From the human T2T-CHM13v2.0 reference genome, Homo sapiens: a stretch of DNA of 64,000 bases. Each line of letters starts with the position of its first letter. Position 1 is the stretch's first letter. Below the pieces are notes generated by a model that saw nothing but the letters and a program-made list of their open reading frames with translations, was not told the DNA's origin and searched no databases. Below, in pieces: positions 11,143 to 24,950 of the stretch. Position numbers and translations under genes: made by a program. The DNA is taken from the NCBI RefSeq assembly GCF_009914755.1, contig NC_060933.1; one strand, 5' to 3'.

Positions 11143-13589
11143 ATTCATAAGTAACATTCTGCTTGTGTTTTGACTTTGCCATGTGCTCAGGGAAGGTAAG
11201 TAAAATTAAAATGTCTAGGAGAAGAAAGTGTAAATAACAACAAATTCCTGTTGGCAACGTATTTATGAATATGGAAGAAGAGATGCCCTCTTATCCTGTG
11301 AGATGGAACGAAAAAAAGCCAAGAACAAATACAAATTAAAGCAAGCAAGTCTGAAATAAGAGAATTAACATTATTCTGGGAAGTAGAAGACAAAGTACTT
11401 CTGCTAGGAATGGGAAGACCAAATATGGACTGGAGTATTTGAAAACTCGGTGGATATTTGGAATATCTGTTGTGGACAAAAAAGAGACAGAAAAAAGGAA
11501 GAGATCAAAAAGTCAAGTAATTTGAGGTGATTATAGGGAAAAGTGATCTGGACACACAGTTTGTGTCATTCACAAAAGCATCTGACCAAGAGAGTAAACT
11601 CTGCCCTGTGGTCAACAGTTACTATTAAAATTTCATCATTCAGATTCAGGGCTTATTTCTAGTTGATACAAAAGTGGCACCTTGCCCTACATAATGTTAT
11701 ACTTTTTGTTATTCAGAAATGTTGAAGTTTCTATGCATGAGGTTTTTGTTATTTGACATAATGATTTATTTCACTCATTGTGTTTATCTTATCCAGATTA
11801 GATAGAAATTAACCAATTTTAACTTTCTGTCTGTTCTGTATGTTTTAGTAACAAGTAATTCAGGAGTGCATGCAAATGCAACATGAAATGAACAGATGAT
11901 AAAATAGAGTATATCTGCATAAATATAAAGACTTTTCATATGTTACAATAAACAGTATCAAAAACATTATTTGTCTTAAACTGTTTAAAAAATGCCAATA
12001 TAAGTCATTTTTAACCTAATATCAAAATCATAATCATGTGAAAAGTAAATATTTCTTTAAGTTTTGTAAAATATTTGACGTAGAATATTTAGCTCCAAAT
12101 TAATTAGGAGAATTTCATAGTGTCTTATAATTAAGCTGCCCTTAAATACGCCTGAACCTTCATGCAAACGTCTGTGGTTATTTGTCTCCACATGTTTCAG
12201 CAGATGAAGTGATTTGAGTTCAGCAAAAAAATTAATAGCTTAAGTTGAAACAGGAATTATCCTAAGGGAATCTGTAGAAATGCATTCAAGAGCAGATGAG
12301 CTATATCTATTTCTTTCATGCTTTGGTGTAGTAAGTAATTGTTCATAGCCAAACACTTTATGAAGATAAATGATTGATATAATGAATGACCTGAAGATGC
12401 CCAAGAGCACATGAAAACAGAAATGCCTTTGTTCTGAAGGAGAATGTCTTAGTATAGTTATAAATTGAATGTAAAAATTGTGGCTGAAATTATTCTAAAA
12501 ATCAGAAGAAGCTGCATTTAAACTGTGCTATGGCATCTATTCAAAAGATTTGAAACCATTTGTTTTCTGAATTGCACCCAACATAAAGCTTTCTCACACA
12601 GAACAAAACAGAAGTGAGCATCAGTCACACTTCCAACATGCATACATTTTGTTCTAAAGGAACAGCTGTTACTTGATGAAAAGTCGATGAAAGATGCCCA
12701 GCATTTGTTTTTAAAAAGTTATCACCCAAACAAGAATTGTTTGGAACCAGATGCTAAAATCGAGAGTGGTCTGTTTATTTCAGTTGAGAGTGGTATAAAA
12801 ATGTTAATAAGGTATTTTTATGTCTATTACCCAGCTATATTTGACTTTTTAATGTGCTTTTTGTTATAATTGGCTGTTGTTTCTATAGGCTGGCATTATT
12901 GGCATTAGATCACTGAAGAGTAAATAAAGTGAGCAAGAATACTCTCTTGTCACCAGATTACTGAGTTGTACTGGAGGTAGGTTGAATGGTTTTACAAATG
13001 AATTACAGTGAAAACTTTGAAACACTAATAGTCTCTTCGGTGTTGAGAAATAACCTACTAATCATTAACTTAATAATTATCAGCTCAACCAGGAAACTAC
13101 ACCACCTAAAAGGTAGTTAATTTTATCACGCCTAGACATCTACAGGAGACCATGATTCTCCATTATGTGAATGCCTTGCTGCCCATGTGATGCCTGCCCC
13201 CATCAATTCTAAGAAGCTTCAGTCATTTAGTACTTAATATGTAATTTTTAAAAATTACATAAGTCATACCTTCTCCTTATAGAGAACTGAAACTTTCAGA
13301 AACAGTTAAAGCCTAATTTGAATATTGCCAAAGCCCTGTCTCTTCTTCAGAGACAACCAGTGTTTCCAGTTTGGTGGGTATTTTCCCCAAATACAGTGAA
13401 TGTGTGTATAAACACGTGTAGATTTACCTGTCCTAGATATGAGCATTTGCTTTGTGAGTCTGCTTTAAGTCAAGTTCTAAACTATGGCTCAGTTTAAAAC
13501 TTCTCTTTTTCTATCTAATAATATACCTTAGAAGTCATGCCATGATATTAAGATGAATAATAATGAAATTATTAATATTAGTCAAATTT

Positions 13590-13800
13590 AGTTGCTTATT
13601 ACGTAGTGGGTATTTGGTGTGATATATGGATTATCTCATTTAATCATCATGACAAGCTAATAAATTGGCAATGCTGTTATCTCCATTTTACAGAAGAGAA
13701 AAAAGATTGTAAGTACTTTGCTCAAGGTCATTTAGAGGGAGAGCAAATTATTCAAATCCAGATATTCTGCTCTCAGAGATTGTATTATTAACTATTATGC
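13590..13800 (-). mobile_element. MIR SINE
   Basis: attatctcatttaatcatca...ctccattttacagaagagaaaa...ttgctcaaggtca core. Confidence 0.75.
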
Positions 13801-13819
13801 CACAATAGAGGCATTGTAG

Positions 13820-14250
13820 TCTGCATGACAGTCCAACTATTTTTATTTGTAGTTATATATTGATGAATATTTAGAGTACTTTTTAAAATTACAACACAAT
13901 ACTGCAATTGACATTCTTGCGTGATTATCTACCATGTATTTCCAAAAGTGGAAAGGCAAACATATGTGTTTAGTTTTTACAGAATGTAGACTATATAACA
14001 ATTGTACCCCAAAGGAGATCTTGGTTATACATTTATACCAGCATAGTTTGAGCCTACCCTCTTCCCTGTACCCTCAAAACCCTTGTTAACATCTTATGTT
14101 TTGCCAGTCTGCTGAAGAAAAAATGTTATCCAATTGTTTAATTCAATTACTTGATTACTAGTGAAGTAAGAATTTTTTTATATTTATCATAATTTGTATT
14201 GCCTGTAATCTGAAAGGGTTATTCATATTTTTTGCCTACTTTTCTATTAA
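13820..14250 (-). mobile_element. Old L1M(E)-type 3' fragment
   Basis: ttttgccagtctg...ttgttttaatt...ttgattactagtgaagt...ttattcatattttttgcc. Confidence 0.55.
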
Positions 14251-14940
14251 GTCATGTCTCTCTAAGATCTAGCTTAAATGTTACTTTTTCCAAAAAATCT
14301 TCCCTGATCTCCCACAACTCAAAACATTATCTTCCTACTTTAGTTTCTTAAAATATTTTATCTACATTTCTCTTATAACACCACTTTCTACTTTGTATAA
14401 TTGTTATTTTAGTACTATCTAATCAGTCCTTTAATTTCCTTTGGGGACTATTTTATGCTGATTAATCCTTATGACACATATTATCCACATTTTTTGGACA
14501 AAATTCTTCAATGAAGATTGATAATTAAAATTAATAAAAATTAAAATAATTAAAAATTTAATTAACTTAGCTTTTACTTTTTTAATTATCATATAGGCCA
14601 CCTACTGAGATATACAATTTTTGGTCTAAAGTATTACTTTGAAACAATTATAAGGAAACTAGAAAAAACATTTTTATTATTCTAAGATCCTTCAGATTGG
14701 AAAGCTGCTTGTTCTATATAACAATATTTACTCTTTCCATATATTCTAGGATAAATTCATCATCTCTCTAAAAAGTTTCCTAATTTTTGTCATTCAGAAA
14801 AATAGCCAATTCCTGTCCTTCATTAAATTTTAATGAATAATCAGTCAATTTTAAAACTCTTGAAAAATTCATATTAAAAAGGAAACATTTATATTATTAA
14901 AAAATAATAATTACAAAATGCCCATGTAAATATTATTTAG

Positions 14941-16167
14941 GGCCAGGCACACTGGCTCACACCTGTAATCCCAGAACTTTGGGAGGCTGAGGTGGGCAAA
15001 TCACTTGAGCCCAGGGTTTGAGACCAGCCTGGGCAACATGACAAAACCCTGTCTCTACAAAAAATTTAAATATTAATCAGATGCGGTGATGTGCGCCTAT
15101 AATCCCAGCTACTCTGGATGTTGAGGTGGGAGTGATGGGGTGGGAGTGATAGGGAAGGGAGGCAGGGAAATTCTGGGCAAAAGAGGGCAGGTCCCTGGCA
15201 ACGGCTCCACCCTCAAGCCTGGAACCAAAGCCCAAAGTGAGAACATACATTCCTGTTTTCCCACTCAAATGTTGCCTTTTACAAAATTACCCATGACCTC
15301 CCCTGTCCCCCATCCTGTGCCCATAAAAACCCCAGACTCAGCTAGCAAAAAAGAGAAGCAGCTGAACCTCAAAAGAGAAGCAGCAGCTGGGCATCAGAGA
15401 CTACGGTTGGACGTTGGAGAGAAGCAGCTTGATTTCAGAGAGACAGCTTGACAGTGCAACTTTGGAGAAGAGTCCAGCCAGAAACCTTCCTGCTACGTCT
15501 CCTTCCCAGCTGCCCTTCCTGCTGAGAGCCACTTTCCTTGGCAATAAAATCCTCTGCATTTACCATCCTTCAATTCGTTTCTGTGAGGTGATTTTTCCTG
15601 GATGCCAAACAAGAGCTCAGGAGTGAGTGTGGATACAAAAAGGCATGCTGAGCTGCTAACACTTCAGCTGTCTGAAGATGGCAGAGCTAAAGGAGCACTG
15701 TAATATGCCCACTGGGGCTTCAGGAATCACAGGCACCCCCCTAACCCCAGGGGCTGCTGTGGGGCCCACATGGAGTTTGCTCCTGCCAACACCCCAAAGC
15801 TCTCTTCCTGGCTCCTGTGCCTGCTCACCTGCATGCTCTCTCCTGCAAGATGTGGAACACAGCAGGTCAGAGTGGGTGAGTTCACTCCTTCTGGCACCAA
15901 AGAGGCCACTGGTTCCAGCACTCGTGTACTCCAGTTCCTGCCTTGTTCAATTGCGCACTCCCTCCCTTGAGGAGTTGAGAGCAGTGGGCTGAGTAAATGG
16001 GGCACCCCCGTCACGAGTCCCATGAAGGGGTCAGGGAAATGCCCTGCTTCAGGAGGATCTCTTGAGCCCAGGAGGTGAAGGATGCAGTGAGCCAAGATTG
16101 TGCAACTGAACTCTGGCCTGGGTGACAGAGTGAGACTCTGTCTCAAAATAAATAAATAAATAAATAA
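14941..16167 (+). mobile_element. AluJ split by an LTR (14941-15146 and 16052-16167)
   Basis: AluJ diagnostics cttgagcccagg and ctctacaaaaaat; the right arm resumes at ggaggatctcttgagccc; (TAAA)n tail. Confidence 0.92.
15147..16051 (+). mobile_element. ERV1 solo LTR, LTR28/LTR1-like
   Basis: tgatagggaagggaggcagggaaattctgggc...ccaccctcaagcctggaacc...tcagggaaatgccctgcttca; AATAAA at ~15544; TSD GGAG. Confidence 0.85.
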
Positions 16168-16981
16168 TTTAATTAATTAAATTTAGCTTATTCTTTTGAA
16201 CTTCATTCTTCGTAGTGTTATAAAATACATGATTTAAGACAGTGAGAAAAAGAGATAAGCCAATGATGGACTTCTAACAGAATTCAGAGTGGGACTTGTT
16301 TGAACATTTCAACCAAATAACAAAAGATTCCTGCAATTAGTTGAGTCTTCAGTCCACCTCAGTTTTCAACATGTCTCAGGTTGCTCTAAACTAACGAGTA
16401 TAGTTTACTTTGGGCTGATAAATTCTGTGGATGGCAAGAGGTTGTGAATATCCCTTTATAAGCCCAGAACTAATGCTACATATCCCCGGCATTAGTGCCT
16501 TATTTATCTAAACTTACAAATATATTGGGCAAAATTCCGGGATATGGGCACAGAATTAATAATTTAATACCTTATTTGTATGGTCATTTGCTCACTGACA
16601 AAGATAGAGAAGCAGCTGAAATTCATGATTATGATCCCTAGTTACATCTCTCTTTAAGTCCTTATGTTTGGTTCCCTGGGAGTTTCAGCACATTTATATA
16701 GCAGCACCCAAGTTTTTATAATCTGTTAAGTATTACTATCTATGATTAGCTACTGAAGAATCAAGAACCAGTAGTTGATGAACTTGAAAGACAATTATCC
16801 TATATAGTGCTTCTTGAGGACACTAATTTCTTGAGATAGAATGAGAGGAAAACATAATATCCACAAACAAAAATAAATTTTGGAATATTATATGCTTTAG
16901 CTTCCTCTTGGATATTTACAAAATTATTAGCATATTAACGATTACAGAATGAAGAAACCTTTTTAGCTACATTTAAACTAG

Positions 16982-17379
16982 TCCTAGAGTTTGAATATAT
17001 TTCCTCCAAATTCATGTTTAAGTTTAATCCTCAAAGTGATGAGGAAGTGGGGCCTTTGGAGGCAATTAAGTCATGATGGCTGTGCACTCATGAATGAGAT
17101 TAATATCCTAATAAAGGAAGCTTCTGAGAGCTTCCTGGCTCTTCCATTTCTTCTGCTATGTGACAACATGGCATTTGTCCATTTTGTCCCTTTGCTTTTC
17201 CTACCATGTGATTAAGTCATGCAAAATGACATCTATGAAACAGGCCCTCATCAGACAATGAATATGTTGGTGCCATTATCTTGAACTTCCCAACTCCTGA
17301 ACTTTCAGAAATACATTTCTGTAATCATAAATTACCCAGTCTGTGGTATTTGTTATAAGACCAGGAACAGACTAAAATA
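16982..17379 (+). mobile_element. MST/MLT1A-type MaLR solo LTR
   Basis: gtttgaat..cctccaaattcatgtt...gtggggcctttggagg...aaattacccagtctgtggtattt...acagactaa. Confidence 0.85.
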
Positions 17380-17659
17380 GCAAATGCTTTCCCCCATCCC
17401 TGACTACTTTCAGAATGTTTAAGAGTTGTCCATACAGTTTTTTATGGCAATTATGAGGCAGATATTTTTCAGGAAAGTGGCATGCATATATGTGAATTTT
17501 TTTAGAGGAATTGAAAAACAAAACAAAACACTTGTTCGGCAATGTTCATTCCTCATAGAATCAGTGCTATTCACCTTGGAAAATATCTTAGTATCCTGCT
17601 TGTTGCCTTATTAGTTGTTTTTCTCTCATTGCAATCAGCTGTTGCCATGTACCTTTTGC

Positions 17660-17880
17660 ATTTGGTGGTCAGGGTCTTCGGAATCGTATGAATCTGATAT
17701 CAAATCCCATTTGTATTGCTGACTAGCTGTGAAAAAAGATTTTAAACTTATTATTTTCAGTTTACTCATTTATTAAGTACCAATATTAATATTGAAACTA
17801 GAGAAATAGATTAAATGGCATACTTGTATAGTAATTGTTACATAGGAAAACTCTCAATAAATCAATGCTGTTATTATTAC
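17660..17880 (+). mobile_element. MIR SINE
   Basis: tcaaatccc...ctagctgtga...tcagtttactcattt...ctcaataaat. Confidence 0.6.
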
Positions 17881-17978
17881 CATTAATATTCCCTAGATGT
17901 GAAGATTGTCTTCAGAGGAAACATACTGGAAAAAAAATGAGTTTTACAGAAGATTTTCAGCAGAAGTTGATTGGTTTT

Positions 17979-18066
17979 ACACACACCCACACATACACAC
18001 ACACATATTTACACACATATAAATATGTATATTTTATATATATATATATATATATATGCACACACA
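17979..18066. repeat. Compound (CA)n/(TA)n microsatellite
   Basis: Seen directly. Confidence 0.9.
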
Positions 18067-19218
18067 TTTGTTTCTATTTAAAATGAAAAAAGTACGTTAG
18101 TCATGTGTGCCCAATTTTCTGATACACTAAAAAATGGAAATATCTTGGCAGACACTATTGATAGGCTATGCAAATGTAAACTTCTCTTGCCTAGTTTTTT
18201 ATTTGGAAAGTAAAATATCCATGTTTCTTGGTGTGGCCATGTGAATTTTGTGACATTGAAATGGATATCATAAGATAGGTTCCTAGGAAAGCCTTTAAAA
18301 AAGCACAAACTTGGCCTGCATGGCTTTGGCCTTTTGCCCCTTTGCCCTTTGCCCTTTGCTGCTTCAGCCTTTCCTATTTTTCTTGGCTGCAATATGAGCA
18401 ATCATGTCTCAGGGTGCTACAGGCATCAAGCTATCTTACATCATACCTCTTTCTAAGGAAATGCTATTAATGTCCCTGCATGTGTATAACAAATCTTCAG
18501 CATCCCTGTGTGGCTGCTCTTCTTATCCTGTCCTGGCTTGTACTCTTTCTTTTGTAGAAGTAAGTAAACATCTTGCCTGTGAAAACTGCTTTTAGTTGCA
18601 CCCTGTATTCCTTATAGCTAAACCCTATCTATCTGAAACCTATATTGATACTTAAGCCATATATTTAGTTTGGAGACCAGATTAAATTTAGAGTTCCATT
18701 AATTCCATAATAAATATTTTTGAGTGGCTAGTATGGGTAATGTGATATTTAAGCTACTGGTATAGTGTGGTAAACTGAAGATATGACCTGAAATGTTTGT
18801 AACTTATATGATAATAAGTGGAGAGAGCTGAAAATTAGGTAAATAAATAGATAACCACAGATTTTGATCTGTTATACAAATACGATAAATATGGCAGAAA
18901 GGACTATAAGCTAAGGAGTAGAGTAAGAGAAAGCAATTATAAAGATTGGCAACTAAATGTTATCTAACAAGTGATACTTAAAGGCTGAGATACTTTAAAC
19001 TATAAGACACAGTTTTGTAAAAATCTTGGAAATCTATTGTGTTTTTTAAGTTAATGGTGCAATTTATCTAATGTGTAAATACAAGTGCTGGTTTGTTGAA
19101 GGAGCAGAAAAAAAAAGATTAGTTTGAGTATGGGGAAAGAGAAGGAGATTGGAGAGAGGTTTAAGAACTAAGCATATGCCAGTTTATATAGAGTTTATGT
19201 AACAAAGAAGAGATTTTT

Positions 19219-19803
19219 TGTGCATCAGGTTGTATTGTTGCATAATACTATACCCCAAACTTACTGGTATAAAATAGTAAACTTGTATTATGTTCACAGG
19301 TTCTGTGGGTCAGGAATTTAGAAACAGGCACAGTGGGCATGCCCCTTTTCTGCACCTCAATGATGAGGCCTCAGCTGGGAAGATTTACATGTCTGGATGC
19401 AACTCAAATAGCTGAAGGCTAGGACAGCTTGGACTGGAGTGTCCACTTCCAAAATTGCTTTTTATGCCCATATCTGGCACTTGGCCTTGTGTATTTGAAG
19501 CTAGGAATGAACTGGGATTGTCAACCAGAACTCCTATTCGTGGTCTATCCTCATGGTTTGGGTTTCTCCCAGCCTGCCAATACTGGGGCCCTCCTGAGAT
19601 GGAGGATTCTGAAAAAAAGTGAGCAGAAGTCAGATTGTCGATTTAGGCCAGGTCTCAAAAGTTACACAGCATTGCTTTTTTTTGTATTCTCTTAGTCAAA
19701 TAAGTTAAAAGTCCTCCCAGATTCAAGGTCAGAGACCCCAGTCCCCACATCTCAATGAAATGACAGTTGAAGAACTCTGAGGAGATATTTTATAACCATT
19801 ACA
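19219..19803 (-). mobile_element. MLT1 (G/H-like) solo LTR within L2 relics
   Basis: ttctgtgggtcaggaattt...ggcctcagctgggaaga...cccagattcaagg...ataaccattaca. Confidence 0.75.
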
Positions 19804-21499
19804 TTATATCAAATGAAAAAAGGTGATTTTTTAATGTCATTTAATTTGTTCCACAATATTGACTTTTTACTCTTCTCCATGTCCTGATACTCATAATAGT
19901 CCTCATTTTTCTCCATTAAACTCCATCTTTCAGGGACACTTCTAATACATTATTTTATACTAAATTGTAAACTAGAATTAATTTTTGAAGTATTGCCACT
20001 TGCAGGGGGATGTATATTTAATTTACGGAATTATAAATCTAGACAATAATGTACATTGTTAGGATTTTCTATCAGAATTATTTTAATTAATAAATGTTAC
20101 CTTTAAATTTTTTTAAATCATCCTTTTTTAAGCATTTATTCAGTCGGGACTTTCAGTTCATGTACTTTCCTCTAAATTAAAATCAGATATCATTTGTAGA
20201 ATTTTATGCAATGACTAAGATGGTTTTTTGGGAGATGATATTCATTACCAAATTTTCTGAAAATATGTAGTATTTGCATTATGTCATGATTTCTTATATT
20301 ACAATAGTTTTTTAAAAAAAATTTCAATAACATTAAAATTATTTCTAAATACGTCTTAATTTAAAGTAGTTAATTTTAAAATATTTAGTCATTTACTTAT
20401 AAAATTTAAATTACCGAGGTGTGTGCATGAGATCAAATAATTATTCCACATTTGCAGTATTTCACAGTGTTTTGTTCTATTTATAATTCGTGTTCCTTCT
20501 ATGTGTGGAAAAAAAAATAAGGCTTGTCGTGTTCATAACAAAATGTTAAAACCTTTAAGAAAGAATGGAAACTACAACAGAATATTTCTAATTTCAGTTG
20601 TACTCCATGTCTGCCATTATACAGATTGTTTAGAGAATCTCCCAAATTACATTCCATATAAAAAGAAATTGAGTGTCAGTGTATCAAACAGAACCATTTT
20701 AAACAGTCATGCGAGATGGACAGAGGAGGTATAATAATATGGGCCCTGAAATGTTACAGTATGATAGAGTCATAGTTTTATGATAGTTTTTTTTTCACTT
20801 TAATTTCCAGGAACAATCATGAAGTTTAAGAAGAAAGAATACTGTCAGAAAAGAGGCAATTTTTTTTATATTTAAAAAGTTCCCTTTTTCCAGTCTATTC
20901 ATTTTTATGCATCAACTCTCATTTTATGTTGACAATTTCATAATAACTATATTTACCTTTATTTTTTATCCATATGCATTTCATTTAAAAGTGAAAACTT
21001 TCACTCAAAATGTAAAAAGAACTTATAGAATTTGCCTCCAAAGAGCTCTACTAGTCTGTCTTTCCTATTTCATCCAATGTTACGACTACAATTCCCATCT
21101 ATCAAACACAGCAGAGTCAATTGGTAAGTCATTTATGTCTCTTTTTATACTATTTTTCATGAAGTTTCTCTATTTTCCAGTTCTATTGTATGTCACCTCA
21201 AATATCCATACAACACATTATTTTAACCTCCTTCCCTCTAAGCATTCCTGTTCCACTTAATCTAACACAATGTTCTCAAAGATATGACAAACTGCAACTC
21301 TGTTAAAAAAGCTTCAAAGACTTTCCACTGAACTGAACAGAATTAGAATAGATGATTATTTCAGTCATGTGTTGGTATATAACAAAATACCCCAATCACC
21401 TATTCTTCCTCCTTTTAAAGTCAATGTATTATTAAAACGTCCAACTTCCTTTTATGAAATATTTCACACATACCCAAAACTGAAAAATAATTGATACAG

Positions 21500-22440
21500 C
21501 AACATAACCAGAAACAAGATTATAAGAAATTCTACAAGGGATAACTACAGGCTAAAATTGTTTAGCATCCCCTTGTATATTTCTCTATTTTTAAGTACAG
21601 GTCTGTGTATAGAATATGTTACACAGCATATGGTAGTGTTTGTATCTTCAAATTTAAATAAGATGTTATTGTTTTCTCTGTATTATTTCAACACATGCTT
21701 TATAATCTCACTATGATATTTTTGAGAAGCATTCCAGCTGATACTTGGGTATCTGTTTTTGTTTAATTTCTATATGGGATTTCATTTTATATATATAATA
21801 TAAAGCTATCAATTTTCATATCAGGAAATATTGGCATTTTTATATTTACCATTGTAAATGTTAAAAACAAAGCTACAATAAATATTTATGGTTTTGTTGT
21901 TTATATATATTAGAATTTTCATAGGATACACATAGAGCAGGGAAATTTTACAACTTTGGGCACTTTCATCCTTACATTGTCAAGTAGCTTTCCAAAGTCG
22001 TTGTATGAATTTATCTTCCCACTATATAATTGTTAGAGTTCTTGTTTTCTAATAGCCTCATCAAAGAGGAGAATTTCTCAAGTATTAAGCAGTAAAGTAA
22101 AAAAAAAGTCATCATTCTACAAGTTCAATTTTACTAAATAAAATATATTTTATATTTTCTTTAAAAGTGATACAAGATGTCTTTCACATTTGAAGTTAAT
22201 GTGATGATAGAATACAATTTACAATTTTTCTATATGTTAATCAAATGTATCACAGCTATTTTATGAATAGTTATTCATTTTTCTCGGTGATACGACAATT
22301 CATATGTAAAATATCGAAAGTCTACCATGAATTTTTGAATTTCCTGCTATAGTCCAGTGAACAAATTGTTCATCTCTGAGTCAATGCCGCACTATCATAA
22401 TGACTATAATTCATAATCAATTCTTATTGAATATCTGCTC
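21500..22440 (-). mobile_element. Old L1M fragments
   Basis: gctacaataaatatt...ttccaaagtcgttgtatgaatttatcttcccact and similar antisense L1 3' motifs. Confidence 0.5.
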
Positions 22441-22446
22441 AGTGCC

Positions 22447-22905
22447 AGTATATGAGTTTGCTGGATCTGTTATGACAAATTACCACAAACCTAAACGTTT
22501 AAAGCAAAAGAAATATATTCTCTTACAGTTCTGTAGGGCAGAAATCTGAAATAAAGGTATAGATAGGCCCACTTTCCTTCTCAAGTGTTTATGGGTGGAT
22601 CCTACTTTACCTCTTTCAGCTGCTGGTGGCTCAAGGCATTCTTTGGTTTGTAGCTGCATAACTCCAATCTCTGCTTCCATCCTCAAGTAGCCTTCTTCTA
22701 TTTCCTGTATCGTCTCCTCTTCTGTCTTTCATAAGAACACTTATTGGATTTAGGGTGCACTAGGATCATCCAGTATGACGTCATCTCAAGATCCTTATTA
22801 ATATATACAAAAAAATTAGGTCACATCTACAGTTTCTGTGGGCTAGCATATGGAAAGATATGTGCATATTTATCATATTTTGGGAGGCATCATTGAATCT
22901 ACTAG
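22447..22905 (-). mobile_element. MLT1 (B/C-like) solo LTR
   Basis: acaaattaccacaaac...ctcttacagttctg...gcataactccaatctctgcttcc...ttattggatttaggg. Confidence 0.85.
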
Positions 22906-22929
22906 AGACAAACATCTACATTTAGGATA

Positions 22930-23810
22930 TTAAAGAAAAAAATCCTTGCCTTTGTAAAGATTACAGTGAGATATAGGATGACACAAAAGAAATAAAATAT
23001 AGACAGGTGTTGAAAAGTTATATATTTTGTGAAGAAAATAAAGTAAGGCAGGATACACAGTAATAGTGGCAGATTACAATTTTAATTAATGTATTCAGTA
23101 AGTAACATTGTAAAAATAGCATTGAAATAAACACATCAAAAGGCTGAGGGAAGAAAAAGAATACAGTTTTTCTCTACATCCCAAATTACTTCTGATTGAA
23201 TGTTTTTACTGGGATCTGTTTCTGGGAGAGACTAAGAGAGTGACTAACTTTGGATAGATTCTGAATGTAGAGCAAGCAGAAAGACTTGCTGAAAGGTGGG
23301 ATGTGCAATTCTTGACAAAGAAAATAAGTAGGATTGACTCTAAGATTTTTGCTTTGAGACAAATGGTCGTAGGTGAGAATGTGCATTTCAAAGTTGAGAT
23401 GTTTATTAGCTTCTCAAAAGAAGACAGCATAAGAAGTTGGATGTAAGAGCCTGGCATTTAGAAGAGAAGCAACAGGTAGAGGTACAAATTTGCAAGTTCT
23501 TAGCATAAACAATATTGTAAACCATGGCTCTGTGAGAACTCATCAAGGGAGTGGGGGTGGACACAGAAGTGTTCCAAAGACTAAGAAATAGCATACAAAG
23601 ACATAAGAAGAAAACCAAGAGGATGTGTTCTGGAAGCCAAAGAAAAAAAGCTGGGTTTTTTTGTTTGTTTGTTTATGTGTTTTTGTTTGTTTGTTTTTTA
23701 ATTAAAGAAAAAGAGACTACTGATAGATCAATAAAATGAAAATAAAAAATTAACCTTTAAATTTTGGAACATGAAAATAATTAGTGATTTGAAAGGAACA
23801 TTTAATTGAA
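22930..23810 (-). mobile_element. L2 LINE fragment
   Basis: gacttgctga...aagttgagatgtttattag...gttggatgtaagagcctgg; minus ORF PGSYIQLL is L2-like. Confidence 0.7.
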
Positions 23811-24614
23811 ATGGTCAATACTTTTCTAGTATTTTAATTGTAACTCATGCCTCACTTTGTTACCCAGGTTGGACTGGACTCCTGGCCTCACATTTTCAAA
23901 TAATTAATGCTTATTTAGATTTACCCTTACATTTAACAGGTTTACAGTTGCCCCTTGCTTCTCACACTTGTCTTTTTTAGTGTTTTCTTTTTTCTTTCTT
24001 TGTTACTTTAAAAAGGGTTGTTCAATGAATCCATGAGTGTGCTTTCTTAAAATTTTGTAGACCCAAAAAGTCTCAGCACTGTGTATAGTATTCTATCTTG
24101 CACTGTATATTTTGCATTTGGAACTTGGTATGCCATTGCATTATTGTATTAGTTTTTCAGTGAACTAGCTTCTTTTTAAAATATTCACCAAATCAATGTT
24201 CTTTCTAGTTTGGATTTATTTTTATCAATTCTGTTCAGAACTTGTCCAATTCCTGAATGTGAAAATTTTTTTTCTTTAATGACTTATAGAAAATTTCCAG
24301 TTATTACCTCTAGATATTGCCTCAATACCATCTTAAATGCACCCAAAGTATCTAATATAATAATAATTTTTGTCCATCTTGCTCTATATTGATAACTTTA
24401 TTTCTCTGTGATATATATTTATTATATTAATTTTAATCATCCATATCTCATAGGTTTTTAAATTCAATTACTATATTTTTATTTTTGGATATCCTTTGCC
24501 AAATCTGCTCTTCATTTCTTTTTAAATGTCTTTAGTGTTTATGTATGTTCATTACATATTATTAATTTTATAATTTTTTTCAAATTATTCATCTATTTTT
24601 ACACATACTTTTAA

Positions 24615-24950
<336 letters not shown>

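Noticed and set aside
12870-12985. Acceptor/donor pair suggesting a ~90-nt exon
   Set aside because: No recognisable peptide; such signals are common by chance
15077-16146. 100-139 aa ORFs
   Set aside because: Chance frames in the GC-richer LTR and Alu sequence
18190-18600. Possible LTR33/LTR16-like relic with a (tttgccc) micro-repeat
   Set aside because: Too degenerate to assign a family or boundaries by eye
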